A DNA stretch of 21,105 nt from a virus (IMGVR_UViG_2657245439_000019); one strand, 5' to 3'. Positions 6,858 through 16,740 are shown, numbered from the stretch's first letter. Made by a program: numbers and translations. The notes: generated by a model from the letters alone, not told the origin.

Positions 6858-7892
6858 TCAGCCGTTGTCAGTGTCCAGTGAGTAGTTTTTAAAGCGGATG
6901 ACCTCCTGACCGAGCCAGCCGTTTATTTCCCGAATCCTGTCCTGTAACGGGATAAGCTCATTGCGGACAAAGACCTTTGCCACTTTCTCAATATCACCCA
7001 GCGACCCGACGTTCTCCGGCTTGCCGCCCATCAACTGAAAGGGGATGCGGTGCGCGTCCAGCAGGTCTGCGGCGCTGGCTTTTTTGATATTAAAAAAATC
7101 GTCCTTCGTTGCCACTTCACTGAGCGGGATAATTTTAATGCCGTCGGCTTTCCCCTGCGGGGCATAGAGAAACAGATTTTTAAAGTTATTGCGGCCTTTT
7201 GACTTAACCATGTTTTCGCGGAGCATTTCGATATCGTTGCGATCCTGCACGGCATCAGTGACGTACATGATGTATCCGGCATGTGCGCCGTTTTCGTAAT
7301 ACTTGCGGCGGAACAGCGTGGCCGACTCATTCAGCCAGGCAGAGTTAAGGGCGCTGAGATATTCCGGCAGGCCGTACAGCTCCTGATTAATATCAGGCTC
7401 CAGCAGGTGAAACACGGAGCCGGGCGCGAAAGCTGTCGGCTCGTTGAAGGACGGCACCCACCAGTAAACATCCTCCTCCACGCCACGACGGGTATATTTG
7501 GCCGGTGAGGTTTCCAGTCTGATGACCTTACCGGTGGTGCTGTAACGCTTTTCCAGAAACGCATTACCGAACACCAGAAAATCCAGCACAAAACGGCTGA
7601 AATCCTGCTGGGAAAGCCACGGGTGCGGGATAAACGTTGAAGCCAGAATATTACGTTTGACGTAAATCGGTGAACTGTGATGCACGGCAGCACGCAGACT
7701 TTTTGCCAGACCGGTAAAGCTGACCGGCGGCTCATACCATCTGCCGTTACTGATGCATTCGACGTAATCCAGAATGTCACGGCGGTCGAGTACCGGCACC
7801 GGCTCGCCAAAGGTGAATGCCTCCATTTTCGGGGCGCTGGCGGTCATTGTTTTTGCCGCAGGTTGCGGTGTTTTCCCTTTTTTCTTGCTCAT
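6858..7892 (-). CDS. Q: Portal protein gpQ
   Basis: 344-aa ORF starting MSKKKGKTPQPAAKTMTA..., which matches P2 Q as I recall it. Start ATG overlaps the P stop (ATGA). Confidence 0.9.
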   Translation of the reverse strand: MSKKKGKTPQPAAKTMTASAPKMEAFTFGEPVPVLDRRDILDYVECISNGRWYEPPVSFTGLAKSLRAAVHHSSPIYVKRNILASTFIPHPWLSQQDFSRFVLDFLVFGNAFLEKRYSTTGKVIRLETSPAKYTRRGVEEDVYWWVPSFNEPTAFAPGSVFHLLEPDINQELYGLPEYLSALNSAWLNESATLFRRKYYENGAHAGYIMYVTDAVQDRNDIEMLRENMVKSKGRNNFKNLFLYAPQGKADGIKIIPLSEVATKDDFFNIKKASAADLLDAHRIPFQLMGGKPENVGSLGDIEKVAKVFVRNELIPLQDRIREINGWLGQEVIRFKNYSLDTDNG

Positions 7893-9664
7893 CAGTAAAA
7901 CTCCAGAATGGTGGATGTCAGCGGGGTGCTGATACCGGCGGTGAGTGGCTCATTTAACAGGGCGTGCATGGTCGCCCAGGCGAGGTCGGCGTGGCTGGCT
8001 TCCTCGCTGCGGCTGGCCTCATAGGTGGCACTGCGTCCGCTGCTGGTCATGGTCTTGCGGATAGCCATAAACGAACTGGTGATGTCGGTGGCGCTGACGT
8101 CGTATTCCAGACAGCCACGGCGGATAACGTCTTTTGCCTTGAGCACCATTGCGGTTTTCATTTCCGGCGTGTAGCGGATGTCGCGCGCGGCGGGATAGAA
8201 CGAGCGCACGAGCTGGAACACGCCGACACCGAGGCCGGTGGCATCAATTCCGATGTATTCGACGTTGTATTTTTCGGTGAGTTTGCGGATGGATTCAGCC
8301 TGGGTGGCAAAGTCCATGCCTTTCCACTGGTGACGCTCAAGTATTCTGAATTTGCCACCGGCCACCACCGGTGGTGCCAGCACCACGCATCCGGCGCTGT
8401 CGCCACGGTGTGACGGGTCGTAACCAATCCATACCGGGCGGGAGCCGAACGGATTCGCGGCAAACGGCGCATAGTCTTCCCATTCTTCCAGCGTGTCGAC
8501 CATGCAGCGTTGCAGCTCCTCGAACGGGAACACCGACGCCTTGTCGTCAACAAATTCACACATGAACAGGTTTTTAAAATCGTCGGCGCTGTTTTCGCGT
8601 TTGAGCTGCTCAATGTCGAACAGCGTGCAGCCACCTTTCAGGGCGTCCTCAATGGTGACAATCTGTCGCCACTGGCCGTCCGCACAGAGAAGCCCACCGG
8701 CAAGGGCGTTATGACTGACGTCGATTTCCACGCGTTCGGCGGCGCTGGCGCGTCCCCGGTTAAACAGTTCACCCGACCAGAACGGGTAGGCGTCGTGCGC
8801 CAGCGTGGACGGGGTGGAGAAATAGGTCGAGCGCAGGTGGCTCTGTGAGGCCATACCTGATGCCACCTTACGCAGTACCTGAAAATTCGGGATCCAGAAA
8901 ATCTCATCGACGTACAGGTCGCCGTTATGGCTCTGCGCGGTGTTGGAGTTGGTGCCGAGAAAAATCAGTTTTGCGCCGTTATTGCCCAGGACAATCGGGT
9001 CACCGGTAAGGTCAACGTCAACCAGACGGGCAAAGGCGATGATGTATTCGCGGAACACATACGCCTGCGTTTTACTGGCCGACAGAAAAATCTGGTTATG
9101 ACCGGTTTTCAGGGCGCGCAGCAGCGCCTCGCGGGAAAAATAAAACGTCGCGCCAATCTGGCGGGATTTCAGGATATCGCGGATGCGGTGCTCAAGCCCG
9201 GCGCGATACCAGTGCAACTGATAGTCGAAAGACTGCTCAAAGAAAATCTGCTCCAGCTTTTCGATGGCCTCGTCACTGAAAAAATTCTTTTTCGGTTTGC
9301 GACGCCCGCCTTTGTTGCGGTTAGCGACGTTCGGATTAAGGTCTGCCTCGTTGCCGGTCTGACTGTAGCGGTTTACCCGTGCCAGTCGTTCAATCTGGCG
9401 TCCCAGCAGGTCAATTTCCTTGAAGTCACCGCCGGTTTTCTGCGGTTTGATGATGAGCTGGGTCAGCCGCGCTTCCAGACTCATTTCGACACGGCTGATG
9501 GGGGCAACGCTGTCCCAGCCGTCGCGCTGTTTCCAGCTCTGCACCGTCGGGCGTTTCATCTGCAACATGGCGGCAATCTGCGGCACGGAAAACCCCTGCC
9601 AGTACAGCAGCGCCGCCTGACGACGCGGGTCGTGCAAAAGAGTGGTGTCTGTGGTGATGGTCAT
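7892..9664 (-). CDS. P: Terminase large (ATPase) subunit gpP
   Basis: ORF 7892..9694(-). Chosen start is the Met at 9662-9664 (MTITTDTTLLHDPRRQ...), with GAGG 8 nt upstream, giving 590 aa like P2 P. Confidence 0.9.
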   Translation of the reverse strand: MTITTDTTLLHDPRRQAALLYWQGFSVPQIAAMLQMKRPTVQSWKQRDGWDSVAPISRVEMSLEARLTQLIIKPQKTGGDFKEIDLLGRQIERLARVNRYSQTGNEADLNPNVANRNKGGRRKPKKNFFSDEAIEKLEQIFFEQSFDYQLHWYRAGLEHRIRDILKSRQIGATFYFSREALLRALKTGHNQIFLSASKTQAYVFREYIIAFARLVDVDLTGDPIVLGNNGAKLIFLGTNSNTAQSHNGDLYVDEIFWIPNFQVLRKVASGMASQSHLRSTYFSTPSTLAHDAYPFWSGELFNRGRASAAERVEIDVSHNALAGGLLCADGQWRQIVTIEDALKGGCTLFDIEQLKRENSADDFKNLFMCEFVDDKASVFPFEELQRCMVDTLEEWEDYAPFAANPFGSRPVWIGYDPSHRGDSAGCVVLAPPVVAGGKFRILERHQWKGMDFATQAESIRKLTEKYNVEYIGIDATGLGVGVFQLVRSFYPAARDIRYTPEMKTAMVLKAKDVIRRGCLEYDVSATDITSSFMAIRKTMTSSGRSATYEASRSEEASHADLAWATMHALLNEPLTAGISTPLTSTILEFY

Positions 9665-9837
9665 GAATACCTCGCCGTGATGAATACACGGCAAGGCTAC
9701 TGAGTCGCGCCCCGCGATTCGCTAAGGTGCTGTTGTGTCAGTGATAAGCCATCCGGGACTGATGGCGGAGGATGCGCATCGTCGGGAAACTGATGCCGAC
9801 ATGTGACTCCTCTAATCACTATTCAGGACTCCTGACA
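9665..9837. promoter_or_regulatory. Divergent late-promoter region between P and O
   Basis: 173-bp intergenic region between divergently transcribed P and O. In P2 this holds the Ogr-dependent late promoters PP and PO. I could not pin down a clean TGT-N12-ACA element by eye. Confidence 0.35.
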
Positions 9838-10692
9838 ATGGCAAAAAAAGTCTCAAAATTCTTTCGTATCGGCGTTGAGGGTGACACCTGTGACGGGCGT
9901 GTCATCAGTGCGCAGGATATTCAGGAAATGGCCGAAACCTTTGACCCGCGAGTCTATGGTTGCCGCATTAACCTGGAACATCTGCGCGGCATCCTGCCTG
10001 ACGGTATTTTTAAGCGTTATGGCGATGTGGCCGAACTGAAGGCCGAAAAGATTGACGATGATTCGGCGCTGAAAGGCAAATGGGCGCTGTTTGCGAAAAT
10101 CACCCCGACCGATGACCTTATCGCGATGAACAAGGCCGCGCAGAAGGTCTATACCTCAATGGAAATTCAGCCGAACTTTGCCAATACCGGCAAATGTTAT
10201 CTGGTGGGTCTGGCCGTCACCGATGACCCGGCAAGCCTCGGCACGGAATACCTGGAATTCTGCCGCACGGCAAAACACAACCCCCTGAACCGCTTCAAAT
10301 TAAGCCCTGAAAACCTGATTTCAGTGGCAACGCCCGTTGAGCTGGAATTTGAAGACCTGCCTGAAACCGTGTTCACAGCCCTGACCGAAAAGGTGAAATC
10401 CATTTTTGGCCGCAAACAGGCCAGCGATGACGCCCGTCTGAATGACGTGCATGAAGCGGTGACCGCTGTCGCTGAGCATGTGCAGGAAAAACTGAGCGCC
10501 ACTGAGCAGCGCCTTGCTGAGATGGAAACCGCCTTTTCCGCACTTAAGCAGGATGTGACTGACAGGGCGGATGAAACCAGCCAGGCATTCACCCGCCTGA
10601 AAAACAGCCTCGACCACACCGAAAGTCTGACCCAGCAGCGCCGCAGCAAGGCCACCGGCGGTGGCGGTGACGCCCTGATGACGAACTGCTGA
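9838..10692 (+). CDS. O: Capsid scaffolding protein gpO
   Basis: ORF 9772..10692. Chosen start is the Met at 9838 (MAKKVSKFFRIGVEGDT...), giving 284 aa like P2 O. The longer N-terminal extension is probably not translated. Confidence 0.85.
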   Translation: MAKKVSKFFRIGVEGDTCDGRVISAQDIQEMAETFDPRVYGCRINLEHLRGILPDGIFKRYGDVAELKAEKIDDDSALKGKWALFAKITPTDDLIAMNKAAQKVYTSMEIQPNFANTGKCYLVGLAVTDDPASLGTEYLEFCRTAKHNPLNRFKLSPENLISVATPVELEFEDLPETVFTALTEKVKSIFGRKQASDDARLNDVHEAVTAVAEHVQEKLSATEQRLAEMETAFSALKQDVTDRADETSQAFTRLKNSLDHTESLTQQRRSKATGGGGDALMTNC

Positions 10693-10750
10693 CCGGCGTC
10701 AGTCAGTCCGGGAAAACCTTCACGATTAACCCTTAATTTCAGGAAAAACT

Positions 10751-11824
10751 ATGCGCCAGGAAACCCGCTTTAAATTTAATGCCTATCTGTCCCGTGTTGC
10801 CGAACTGAACGGCATCGACGCCGGTGATGTGTCGAAAAAATTCACCGTTGAACCGTCGGTCACCCAGACCCTGATGAACACCATGCAGGAGTCCTCTGAT
10901 TTTCTGACCCGCATCAACATTGTGCCGGTCAGCGAAATGAAAGGGGAAAAAATAGGTATTGGTGTCACCGGCTCCATCGCCAGCACCACCGACACCGCCG
11001 GTGGCACCGAGCGTCAGCCGAAGGACTTCTCGAAGCTGGCGTCAAACAAGTACGAATGCGACCAGATTAACTTCGATTTTTATATCCGCTACAAAACGCT
11101 TGACCTGTGGGCGCGTTATCAGGATTTCCAGCTCCGTATCCGTAACGCCATTATCAAACGCCAGTCCCTTGATTTAATCATGGCCGGTTTTAACGGCGTG
11201 AAGCGTGCCGAAACCTCTGACCGCAGCAGTAACCCGATGCTGCAGGATGTGGCGGTCGGCTGGCTGCAGAAATACCGCAATGAAGCCCCGGCGCGCGTGA
11301 TGAGCAAGGTTACTGACGAGGAAGGTCACACCACCTCTGAGGTTATCCGCGTGGGTAAGGGCGGTGATTATGCCAGCCTCGATGCACTGGTGATGGATGC
11401 GACCAACAACCTGATTGAACCGTGGTATCAGGAAGACCCTGACCTTGTGGTGATTGTGGGGCGTCAGCTACTGGCGGACAAGTATTTCCCCATCGTTAAC
11501 AAGGAACAGGACAACAGCGAAATGCTGGCCGCTGACGTCATCATCAGCCAGAAACGCATCGGTAACCTGCCGGCGGTACGCGTCCCGTACTTCCCGGCGG
11601 ATGCGATGCTCATCACGAAGCTGGAAAACCTGTCCATCTACTACATGGATGACAGCCATCGCCGCGTGATTGAGGAAAACCCGAAACTCGACCGCGTGGA
11701 GAACTACGAGTCAATGAACATTGATTACGTGGTGGAAGACTACGCCGCCGGTTGTCTGGTGGAAAAAATCAAGGTCGGTGATTTTTCCACACCGGCTAAG
11801 GCGACCGCAGAGCCGGGAGCGTAA
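10751..11824 (+). CDS. N: Major capsid protein gpN
   Basis: 357-aa ORF (MRQETRFKFNAYLSRVAELNG...) following O, same length as P2 N. Confidence 0.9.
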   Translation: MRQETRFKFNAYLSRVAELNGIDAGDVSKKFTVEPSVTQTLMNTMQESSDFLTRINIVPVSEMKGEKIGIGVTGSIASTTDTAGGTERQPKDFSKLASNKYECDQINFDFYIRYKTLDLWARYQDFQLRIRNAIIKRQSLDLIMAGFNGVKRAETSDRSSNPMLQDVAVGWLQKYRNEAPARVMSKVTDEEGHTTSEVIRVGKGGDYASLDALVMDATNNLIEPWYQEDPDLVVIVGRQLLADKYFPIVNKEQDNSEMLAADVIISQKRIGNLPAVRVPYFPADAMLITKLENLSIYYMDDSHRRVIEENPKLDRVENYESMNIDYVVEDYAAGCLVEKIKVGDFSTPAKATAEPGA

Positions 11825-11827
11825 CCG

Positions 11828-12571
11828 ATGACGAGTCCCGCACAGCGCCACATGATGCGGGTCTCGGCAGCGATGACCGCGCAGCGGGAAGCCGCCCCGC
11901 TGCGACATGCAACTGTCTATGAGCAGATGCTGGTCAAGCTGGCCGCAGACCAGCGCACACTGAAAGCGATTTATTCAAAAGAGCTGAAGGCCGCGAAAAA
12001 ACGCGAACTGCTGCCGTTCTGGTTGCCGTGGGTGAACGGCGTGCTGGAGCAGGGCAAAGGCGCACAGGATGACATTCTGATGACGGTCATGCTGTGGCGT
12101 CTGGATACCGGCGATATTGCCGGTGCGCTGGAGATTGCCCGTTATGCCCTGAAGTACGGTCTGACCATGCCGGGTAAACACCGCCGCACCCCGTCGTACA
12201 TGTTCACCGAGGAGGTGGCGCTTGCGGCCATGCGCGCTCACGCTGCCGGTGAGTCTGTGGATACCCGCCTGCTGACGGACACCCTTGAACTGACCGCCAC
12301 GGCTGACATGCCTGATGAAGTGCGCGCAAAGCTGCACAAAATCACTGGTCTGTTTCTGCGTGACGGTGGTGATGCCGCAGGTGCGCTGGCGCACCTGCAA
12401 CGTGCGACACAGCTCGACTGTCAGGCAGGCGTCAAAAAAGAGATTGAACGACTGGAGCGGGAGCTGAAACCGAAGCCGGAGCCGCAGCCAAAAGCGGCCA
12501 CCCGCGCCCCGCGTAAGACCCGGAGCGTGACACCGGCAAAACGTGGACGCCCGAAAAAGAAAGCCAGTTAA
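11828..12571 (+). CDS. M: Terminase small (endonuclease) subunit gpM
   Basis: 247-aa ORF after N with a basic, Lys/Arg/Pro-rich C-terminal tail. Size and position match P2 M. Confidence 0.85.
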   Translation: MTSPAQRHMMRVSAAMTAQREAAPLRHATVYEQMLVKLAADQRTLKAIYSKELKAAKKRELLPFWLPWVNGVLEQGKGAQDDILMTVMLWRLDTGDIAGALEIARYALKYGLTMPGKHRRTPSYMFTEEVALAAMRAHAAGESVDTRLLTDTLELTATADMPDEVRAKLHKITGLFLRDGGDAAGALAHLQRATQLDCQAGVKKEIERLERELKPKPEPQPKAATRAPRKTRSVTPAKRGRPKKKAS

Positions 12572-12670
12572 CAACCGAATGCGCCCCGCGCCAGGGCGGC
12601 ACGCCGGTCAGTGAGGGTGAATCACCTGACACTGCACCGGCGTCCACCGCCCGACTTTTCAGAGGTAGTC

Positions 12671-13180
12671 ATGATGACGCTGATTATTCCGCGAAAGGAG
12701 GCTCCTGTATCCGGTGAGGGTACGGTGGTCATCCCGCAACCGGCAGGCGACGAGCCGGTGATTAAAAACACGTTCTTTTTTCCCGATATCGACCCGAAGC
12801 GCGTCCGGGAACGTATGCGCCTTGAGCAGACCGTCGCCCCCGCCCGTCTGCGTGAGGCCATCAAGTCAGGCATGGCGGAGACGAATGCGGAGCTGTACGA
12901 GTACCGCGAACAGAAAATTGCCGCCGGTTTTACGCGTCTGGCGGACGTTCCGGCGGACGGCATCGACGGTGAAAGCATCAAAGTTTTTTACTACGAGCGC
13001 GCCGTGTGTGCGATGGCGACCGCGTCGCTTTATGAGCGTTATCGCGGCGTGGATGCCAGTGCGAAAGGCGACAAGAAGGCTGACAGCATTGACAGCACCA
13101 TTGATGAACTTTGGCGGGATATGCGCTGGGCGGTGGCGCGTATCCAGGACAAGCCGCGCTGCATCGTGAGTCAAATCTGA
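12671..13180 (+). CDS. L: Head completion / stabilisation protein gpL
   Basis: ORF 12611..13180. Chosen start is MMTLIIPRKEAPV... at 12671, with GAGGTAG RBS upstream, giving 169 aa like P2 L. Confidence 0.8.
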   Translation: MMTLIIPRKEAPVSGEGTVVIPQPAGDEPVIKNTFFFPDIDPKRVRERMRLEQTVAPARLREAIKSGMAETNAELYEYREQKIAAGFTRLADVPADGIDGESIKVFYYERAVCAMATASLYERYRGVDASAKGDKKADSIDSTIDELWRDMRWAVARIQDKPRCIVSQI

Positions 13181-13383
13181 TGAAGACCTTTGCGCTACAG
13201 GGCGACACGCTCGATGCCATTTGTGTCCGGTATTACGGGCGCACTGAGGGCGTGGTTGAGACCGTGCTCGCCGCAAATCCGGGACTGGCTGAACTGGGGG
13301 CGGTGCTGCCGCACGGCATCGCCGTCGAACTGCCAGACGTTCAGACCGCGCCCGTGGCTGAAACTGTCAATCTGTGGGAGTAA
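13180..13383 (+). CDS. X: Tail protein gpX
   Basis: 67-aa ORF starting at the ATG overlapping the L stop (TGATG): MKTFALQGDTLDAICVRYYGRTEG.... Confidence 0.75.
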   Translation: MKTFALQGDTLDAICVRYYGRTEGVVETVLAANPGLAELGAVLPHGIAVELPDVQTAPVAETVNLWE

Positions 13384-13386
13384 CGC

Positions 13387-13668
13387 ATGACAGCAGAAGA
13401 AAAAAGCGTCCTGTCGCTTTTCATGATTGGGGTGCTGATTGTTGTCGGCAAGGTGCTTGCCGGTGGTGAACCCATCACCCCGCGTCTGTTTATCGGGCGC
13501 ATGTTGCTCGGTGGTTTTGTCTCGATGGTTGCCGGTGTTGTTCTGGTGCAGTTTCCTGACCTGTCACTGCCTGCGGTGTGCGGTATCGGCTCCATGCTGG
13601 GTATCGCCGGTTATCAGGTGATTGAGATTGCCATTCAGCGCCGCTTTAAGGGCAGGGGGAAACAGTAA
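13387..13668 (+). CDS. Y: Holin gpY
   Basis: 93-aa ORF with hydrophobic transmembrane-like segments and a charged C-terminus (RRFKGRGKQ). First gene of the lysis cassette. Confidence 0.8.
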   Translation: MTAEEKSVLSLFMIGVLIVVGKVLAGGEPITPRLFIGRMLLGGFVSMVAGVVLVQFPDLSLPAVCGIGSMLGIAGYQVIEIAIQRRFKGRGKQ

Positions 13669-14165
13669 TGCCGGTAATTAACATGCATCAGAATATCGCC
13701 GCCTTTCTCGACATGCTGGCCGTGTCCGAAGGGACGGCGAACCATCCGCTGACGAAAAACCGGGGCTATGACGTGATAGTCACCGGACTGGATGGAAAGC
13801 CGGAAATCTTCACCGACTACAGTGACCACCCGTTCGCACATGGTCGACCGGCGAAGGTGTTTAACCGTCGCGGTGAAAAATCCACGGCCTCCGGTCGCTA
13901 TCAGCAGCTTTACCTGTTCTGGCCGCATTACCGCAAACAGCTTGCCCTGCCGGATTTCAGTCCGTTGTCACAGGACAGACTCGCCATTCAGTTGATCCGC
14001 GAACGCGGTGCGCTGGATGACATCCGGGCGGGACGCATTGAGCGCGCCATTTCACGCTGTTGCAATATCTGGGCGTCCCTGCCGGGTGCCGGTTACGGTC
14101 AGCGTGAGCATTCACTGGAAAAACTGGTCACCGTCTGGCGTACCGCTGGCGGCGTACCGGCTTAA
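13668..14165 (+). CDS. K: Endolysin (lysozyme) gpK
   Basis: 165-aa ORF with an E...D...T arrangement (AVSEGT...YDVIVTGLDG) typical of phage lysozymes. TAATG overlap with Y. Confidence 0.85.
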   Translation: MPVINMHQNIAAFLDMLAVSEGTANHPLTKNRGYDVIVTGLDGKPEIFTDYSDHPFAHGRPAKVFNRRGEKSTASGRYQQLYLFWPHYRKQLALPDFSPLSQDRLAIQLIRERGALDDIRAGRIERAISRCCNIWASLPGAGYGQREHSLEKLVTVWRTAGGVPA

Positions 14166-14179
14166 ACGGAGTAAACACC

Positions 14180-14605
14180 ATGAAGAAATTATCCCTTTCA
14201 CTGATGTTGAACGTGTCGCTGGCGCTGATGCTGACACTGTCCCTGATTTACCCGCAGAGCGTGGCCGTCAATTTTGTCGCCGCCTGGGCGATTCTGGAGA
14301 CGGTTATCTGTGTGGTTGCCGGTGGTGTCGGGGTGTATGCCACTGAGTATGTGCTGGAACGCTACGGGCGGGAGCTGCCGCCGGAATCGCTGGCCGTGAA
14401 GATTGTCACGTCGCTGTTTTTGCAGCCGGTACCGTGGCGCAGACGGGCGGCGGCTCTGGTGGTTATGGTGGCGACGTTTATCTCGCTGGTCGCTGTCGGG
14501 TGGATTTTTACCGCGCTGATTTATCTCGTGGCGTCGGTGTTCTTCCGGCTGATACGTAAAGCCTGTCGTCAGCGTCTTGAGGGGCGGGAACCATGTCAAA
14601 GCTGA
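14180..14605 (+). CDS. lysA: LysA, membrane protein of the lysis cassette
   Basis: 141-aa ORF with several hydrophobic helices, GGAG RBS, immediately after K. Confidence 0.7.
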   Translation: MKKLSLSLMLNVSLALMLTLSLIYPQSVAVNFVAAWAILETVICVVAGGVGVYATEYVLERYGRELPPESLAVKIVTSLFLQPVPWRRRAAALVVMVATFISLVAVGWIFTALIYLVASVFFRLIRKACRQRLEGREPCQS

Positions 14606-15018
14606 TGATTGTGCTGGTCGTGTTGTTATCGCTGGCGGTGACAGGTCTGTTTCTGGCGAAGCATGAAAACGCCAGCCTGCGCGCCTCGCTGGACAGGGCG
14701 AACAACGTCGCCAGCGGGCAGCAGACGACCATCACCATGCTGAAAAATCAGCTTCATGTTGCCCTCACCAGAGCAGACAAAAACGAGCTGGCGCAGGTGG
14801 CACTGCGTCAGGAACTGGAGAACGCCGCGAAGCGTGAAGCACAGCGCGAGAAAACCATCACGAGGTTACTCAATGAAAACGAAGATTTTCGCCGCTGGTA
14901 CGGCGCTGACCTGCCTGATGCTGTGCGCCGGTTGCACCAGCGTCCGGCCTGCACTGACGCCAGTGATTGTCCACAACGCCTGCCCGAAAGTGAGTCTTTG
15001 CCCGATGCCGGGCAGTGA
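14593..15018 (+). CDS. lysB: LysB, Rz-like inner-membrane spanin
   Basis: 141-aa ORF with an N-terminal transmembrane segment (MSKLMIVLVVLLSLAVTGLFLA) followed by a charged, coiled-coil-like region. Confidence 0.7.
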   Translation: MSKLMIVLVVLLSLAVTGLFLAKHENASLRASLDRANNVASGQQTTITMLKNQLHVALTRADKNELAQVALRQELENAAKREAQREKTITRLLNENEDFRRWYGADLPDAVRRLHQRPACTDASDCPQRLPESESLPDAGQ

Positions 15019-15163
15019 CCCGGAGACGAACGGCGATTTAAGTGCCGATATCCGGCAGCTTGAGAACGCGCTGGCACGCTGTGCCAGCCAGGTAAAAATG
15101 ATTAAACACTGTCAGGACGAAAACGATGCTCAAACCCGACAGCCTGCGCAGGGCGCTGACTGA
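14873..15163 (+). CDS. lysC: LysC, Rz1-like outer-membrane lipoprotein spanin embedded in lysB
   Basis: ATG at 14873 within ORF 14756..15163, in a different frame from lysB. Product starts MKTKIFAAGTALTCLMLCAGCTSVRP (signal peptide with Cys-containing lipobox-like motif); 96 aa. Confidence 0.6.
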   Translation: MKTKIFAAGTALTCLMLCAGCTSVRPALTPVIVHNACPKVSLCPMPGSDPETNGDLSADIRQLENALARCASQVKMIKHCQDENDAQTRQPAQGAD

Positions 15164-15593
15164 TGCCGTCACGGTGCTGAAAACCAGTCCAGAGATGCTG
15201 CGGATATTCGTGGATAACGGGAGTATTGCCTCCACACTGGCGACGTCGTTGTCATTCGAAAAGCGTTACACGCTCAATGTGATTGTGACCGACTTTACCG
15301 GTGATTTTGACCTGCTCATCGTGCCGGTGCTGGCGTGGCTGCGGGAAAATCAGCCCGACATCATGACCACCGACGAAGGCCAGAAAAAGGGCTTCACGTT
15401 TTATGCAGACATCAACAATGACAGCAGCTTTGATATCAGCATCAGCCTGATGCTGACCGAGCGCACGCTGGTCAGTGAGGTTGACGGTGCGCTGCATGTG
15501 AAGAATATCCCGGAACCTCCGCCGCCGGAGCCGGTCACCCGCCCGATGGAGCTTTATATCAATGGTGAACTGGTGAGCAAGTGGGATGAATGA
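15126..15593 (+). CDS. R: Tail completion protein gpR
   Basis: 155-aa ORF, same size and position as P2 R. Confidence 0.8.
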   Translation: MLKPDSLRRALTDAVTVLKTSPEMLRIFVDNGSIASTLATSLSFEKRYTLNVIVTDFTGDFDLLIVPVLAWLRENQPDIMTTDEGQKKGFTFYADINNDSSFDISISLMLTERTLVSEVDGALHVKNIPEPPPPEPVTRPMELYINGELVSKWDE

Positions 15594-16038
15594 GTTTAAG
15601 CGTTTTGAAGACCGGCTGGCCGGACTGATTGAGTCGCTGTCACCGTCAGGGCGTCGGCGACTGAGTGCCGAACTGGCGAAACGTCTGCGGCAGAGTCAGC
15701 AGCGCCGGGTGATGGCACAGAAAGCCCCGGATGGCACACCCTATGCGCCACGCCAGCAGCAGAGCGCCAGAAAAAAGACTGGTCGTGTTAAGCGAAAAAT
15801 GTTTGCGAAACTTATCACCAGTCGTTTTTTGCATATCCGCGCCAGCCCGGAACAGGCATCAATGGAGTTTTACGGCGGGAAGTCACCGAAAATCGCCAGC
15901 GTGCATCAGTTCGGTCTGTCGGAAGAAAACCGGAAAGACGGTAAGAAAATTGATTATCCGGCGCGTCCTCTGCTCGGCTTTACCGGTGAGGATGTGCAGA
16001 TGATTGAAGAGATTATTCTGGCTCACCTCGACCGTTAG
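15586..16038 (+). CDS. S: Tail completion protein gpS
   Basis: 150-aa ORF overlapping the R 3' end, same size and position as P2 S. Confidence 0.8.
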   Translation: MNEFKRFEDRLAGLIESLSPSGRRRLSAELAKRLRQSQQRRVMAQKAPDGTPYAPRQQQSARKKTGRVKRKMFAKLITSRFLHIRASPEQASMEFYGGKSPKIASVHQFGLSEENRKDGKKIDYPARPLLGFTGEDVQMIEEIILAHLDR

Positions 16039-16104
16039 TTGTGCCATTCCTGACACCTCATCGTCACATTGCCGCCGGTATGACCCGGCGGCATCCTTCC
16101 CGTT

Positions 16105-16740
16105 ATGAACACTCTCGCAAATATTCAGGAACTCGCGCGCGCACTGCGTAACATGATCCGCACCGGCATTATCGTCGAAACCGACCTTAACGCCGGTCGC
16201 TGCCGTGTGCAGACCGGCGGCATGTGCACCGACTGGCTTCAGTGGCTGACCCATCGCGCCGGTCGTTCGCGCACATGGTGGGCACCTTCCGTGGGGGAAC
16301 AGGTGCTGATTCTGGCCGTGGGCGGTGAACTCGACACGGCATTCGTTCTGCCGGGGATTTATTCCGGCGATAACCACGCGCCGTCTGCGTCGGCGGATGC
16401 CCTGCATATCCGTTTCCCTGACGGGGCGGTGATTGAGTATGAACCCGAAACCAGTGCACTCACGGTAAGCGGAATCAAAACGGCCAGCGTGACGGCTTCT
16501 GATTCTGTTACCGCCACGGTGCCGGTGGTCATGGTGAAAGCGTCAACTCGCATCACCCTGGACACACCGGAGGTGGTCTGCACCAACAGGCTGATTACCG
16601 GCACGCTGGAAGTACAGAAGGGCGGGACGATGCGCGGCAACATTGAACACACCGGCGGTGAACTCTCATCAAACGGTAAGGTACTGCATACCCATAAACA
16701 CCCCGGCGACAGCGGCGGCACAACCGGGGGACCTCTATGA
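16105..16740 (+). CDS. V: Baseplate spike protein gpV
   Basis: 211-aa ORF (MNTLANIQELARALRNMIRTGII...), same length as P2 V. Confidence 0.85.
   Translation: MNTLANIQELARALRNMIRTGIIVETDLNAGRCRVQTGGMCTDWLQWLTHRAGRSRTWWAPSVGEQVLILAVGGELDTAFVLPGIYSGDNHAPSASADALHIRFPDGAVIEYEPETSALTVSGIKTASVTASDSVTATVPVVMVKASTRITLDTPEVVCTNRLITGTLEVQKGGTMRGNIEHTGGELSSNGKVLHTHKHPGDSGGTTGGPL

Noticed and set aside
8927-9703. 258-aa plus-strand ORF antisense to terminase gene P
   Set aside because: Entirely contained in the opposite strand of a well-supported gene, low-complexity composition and no RBS. Typical antisense artefact in GC-rich coding DNA. The same applies to 7964-8413, 8510-8848, 7331-7810(-) and similar.
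9772-9837. N-terminal 22-codon extension of scaffold gene O
   Set aside because: The downstream Met at 9838 (MAKKVSKFF) gives the P2-like 284-aa product. The extension would put coding sequence across the divergent late-promoter region.
16039-16104. Ogr-type late promoter TGT-N12-ACA upstream of V
   Set aside because: Only approximate matches by eye (TGA-N12-ACA around 16053-16070). Cannot support a specific call without alignment to known P2 late promoters.
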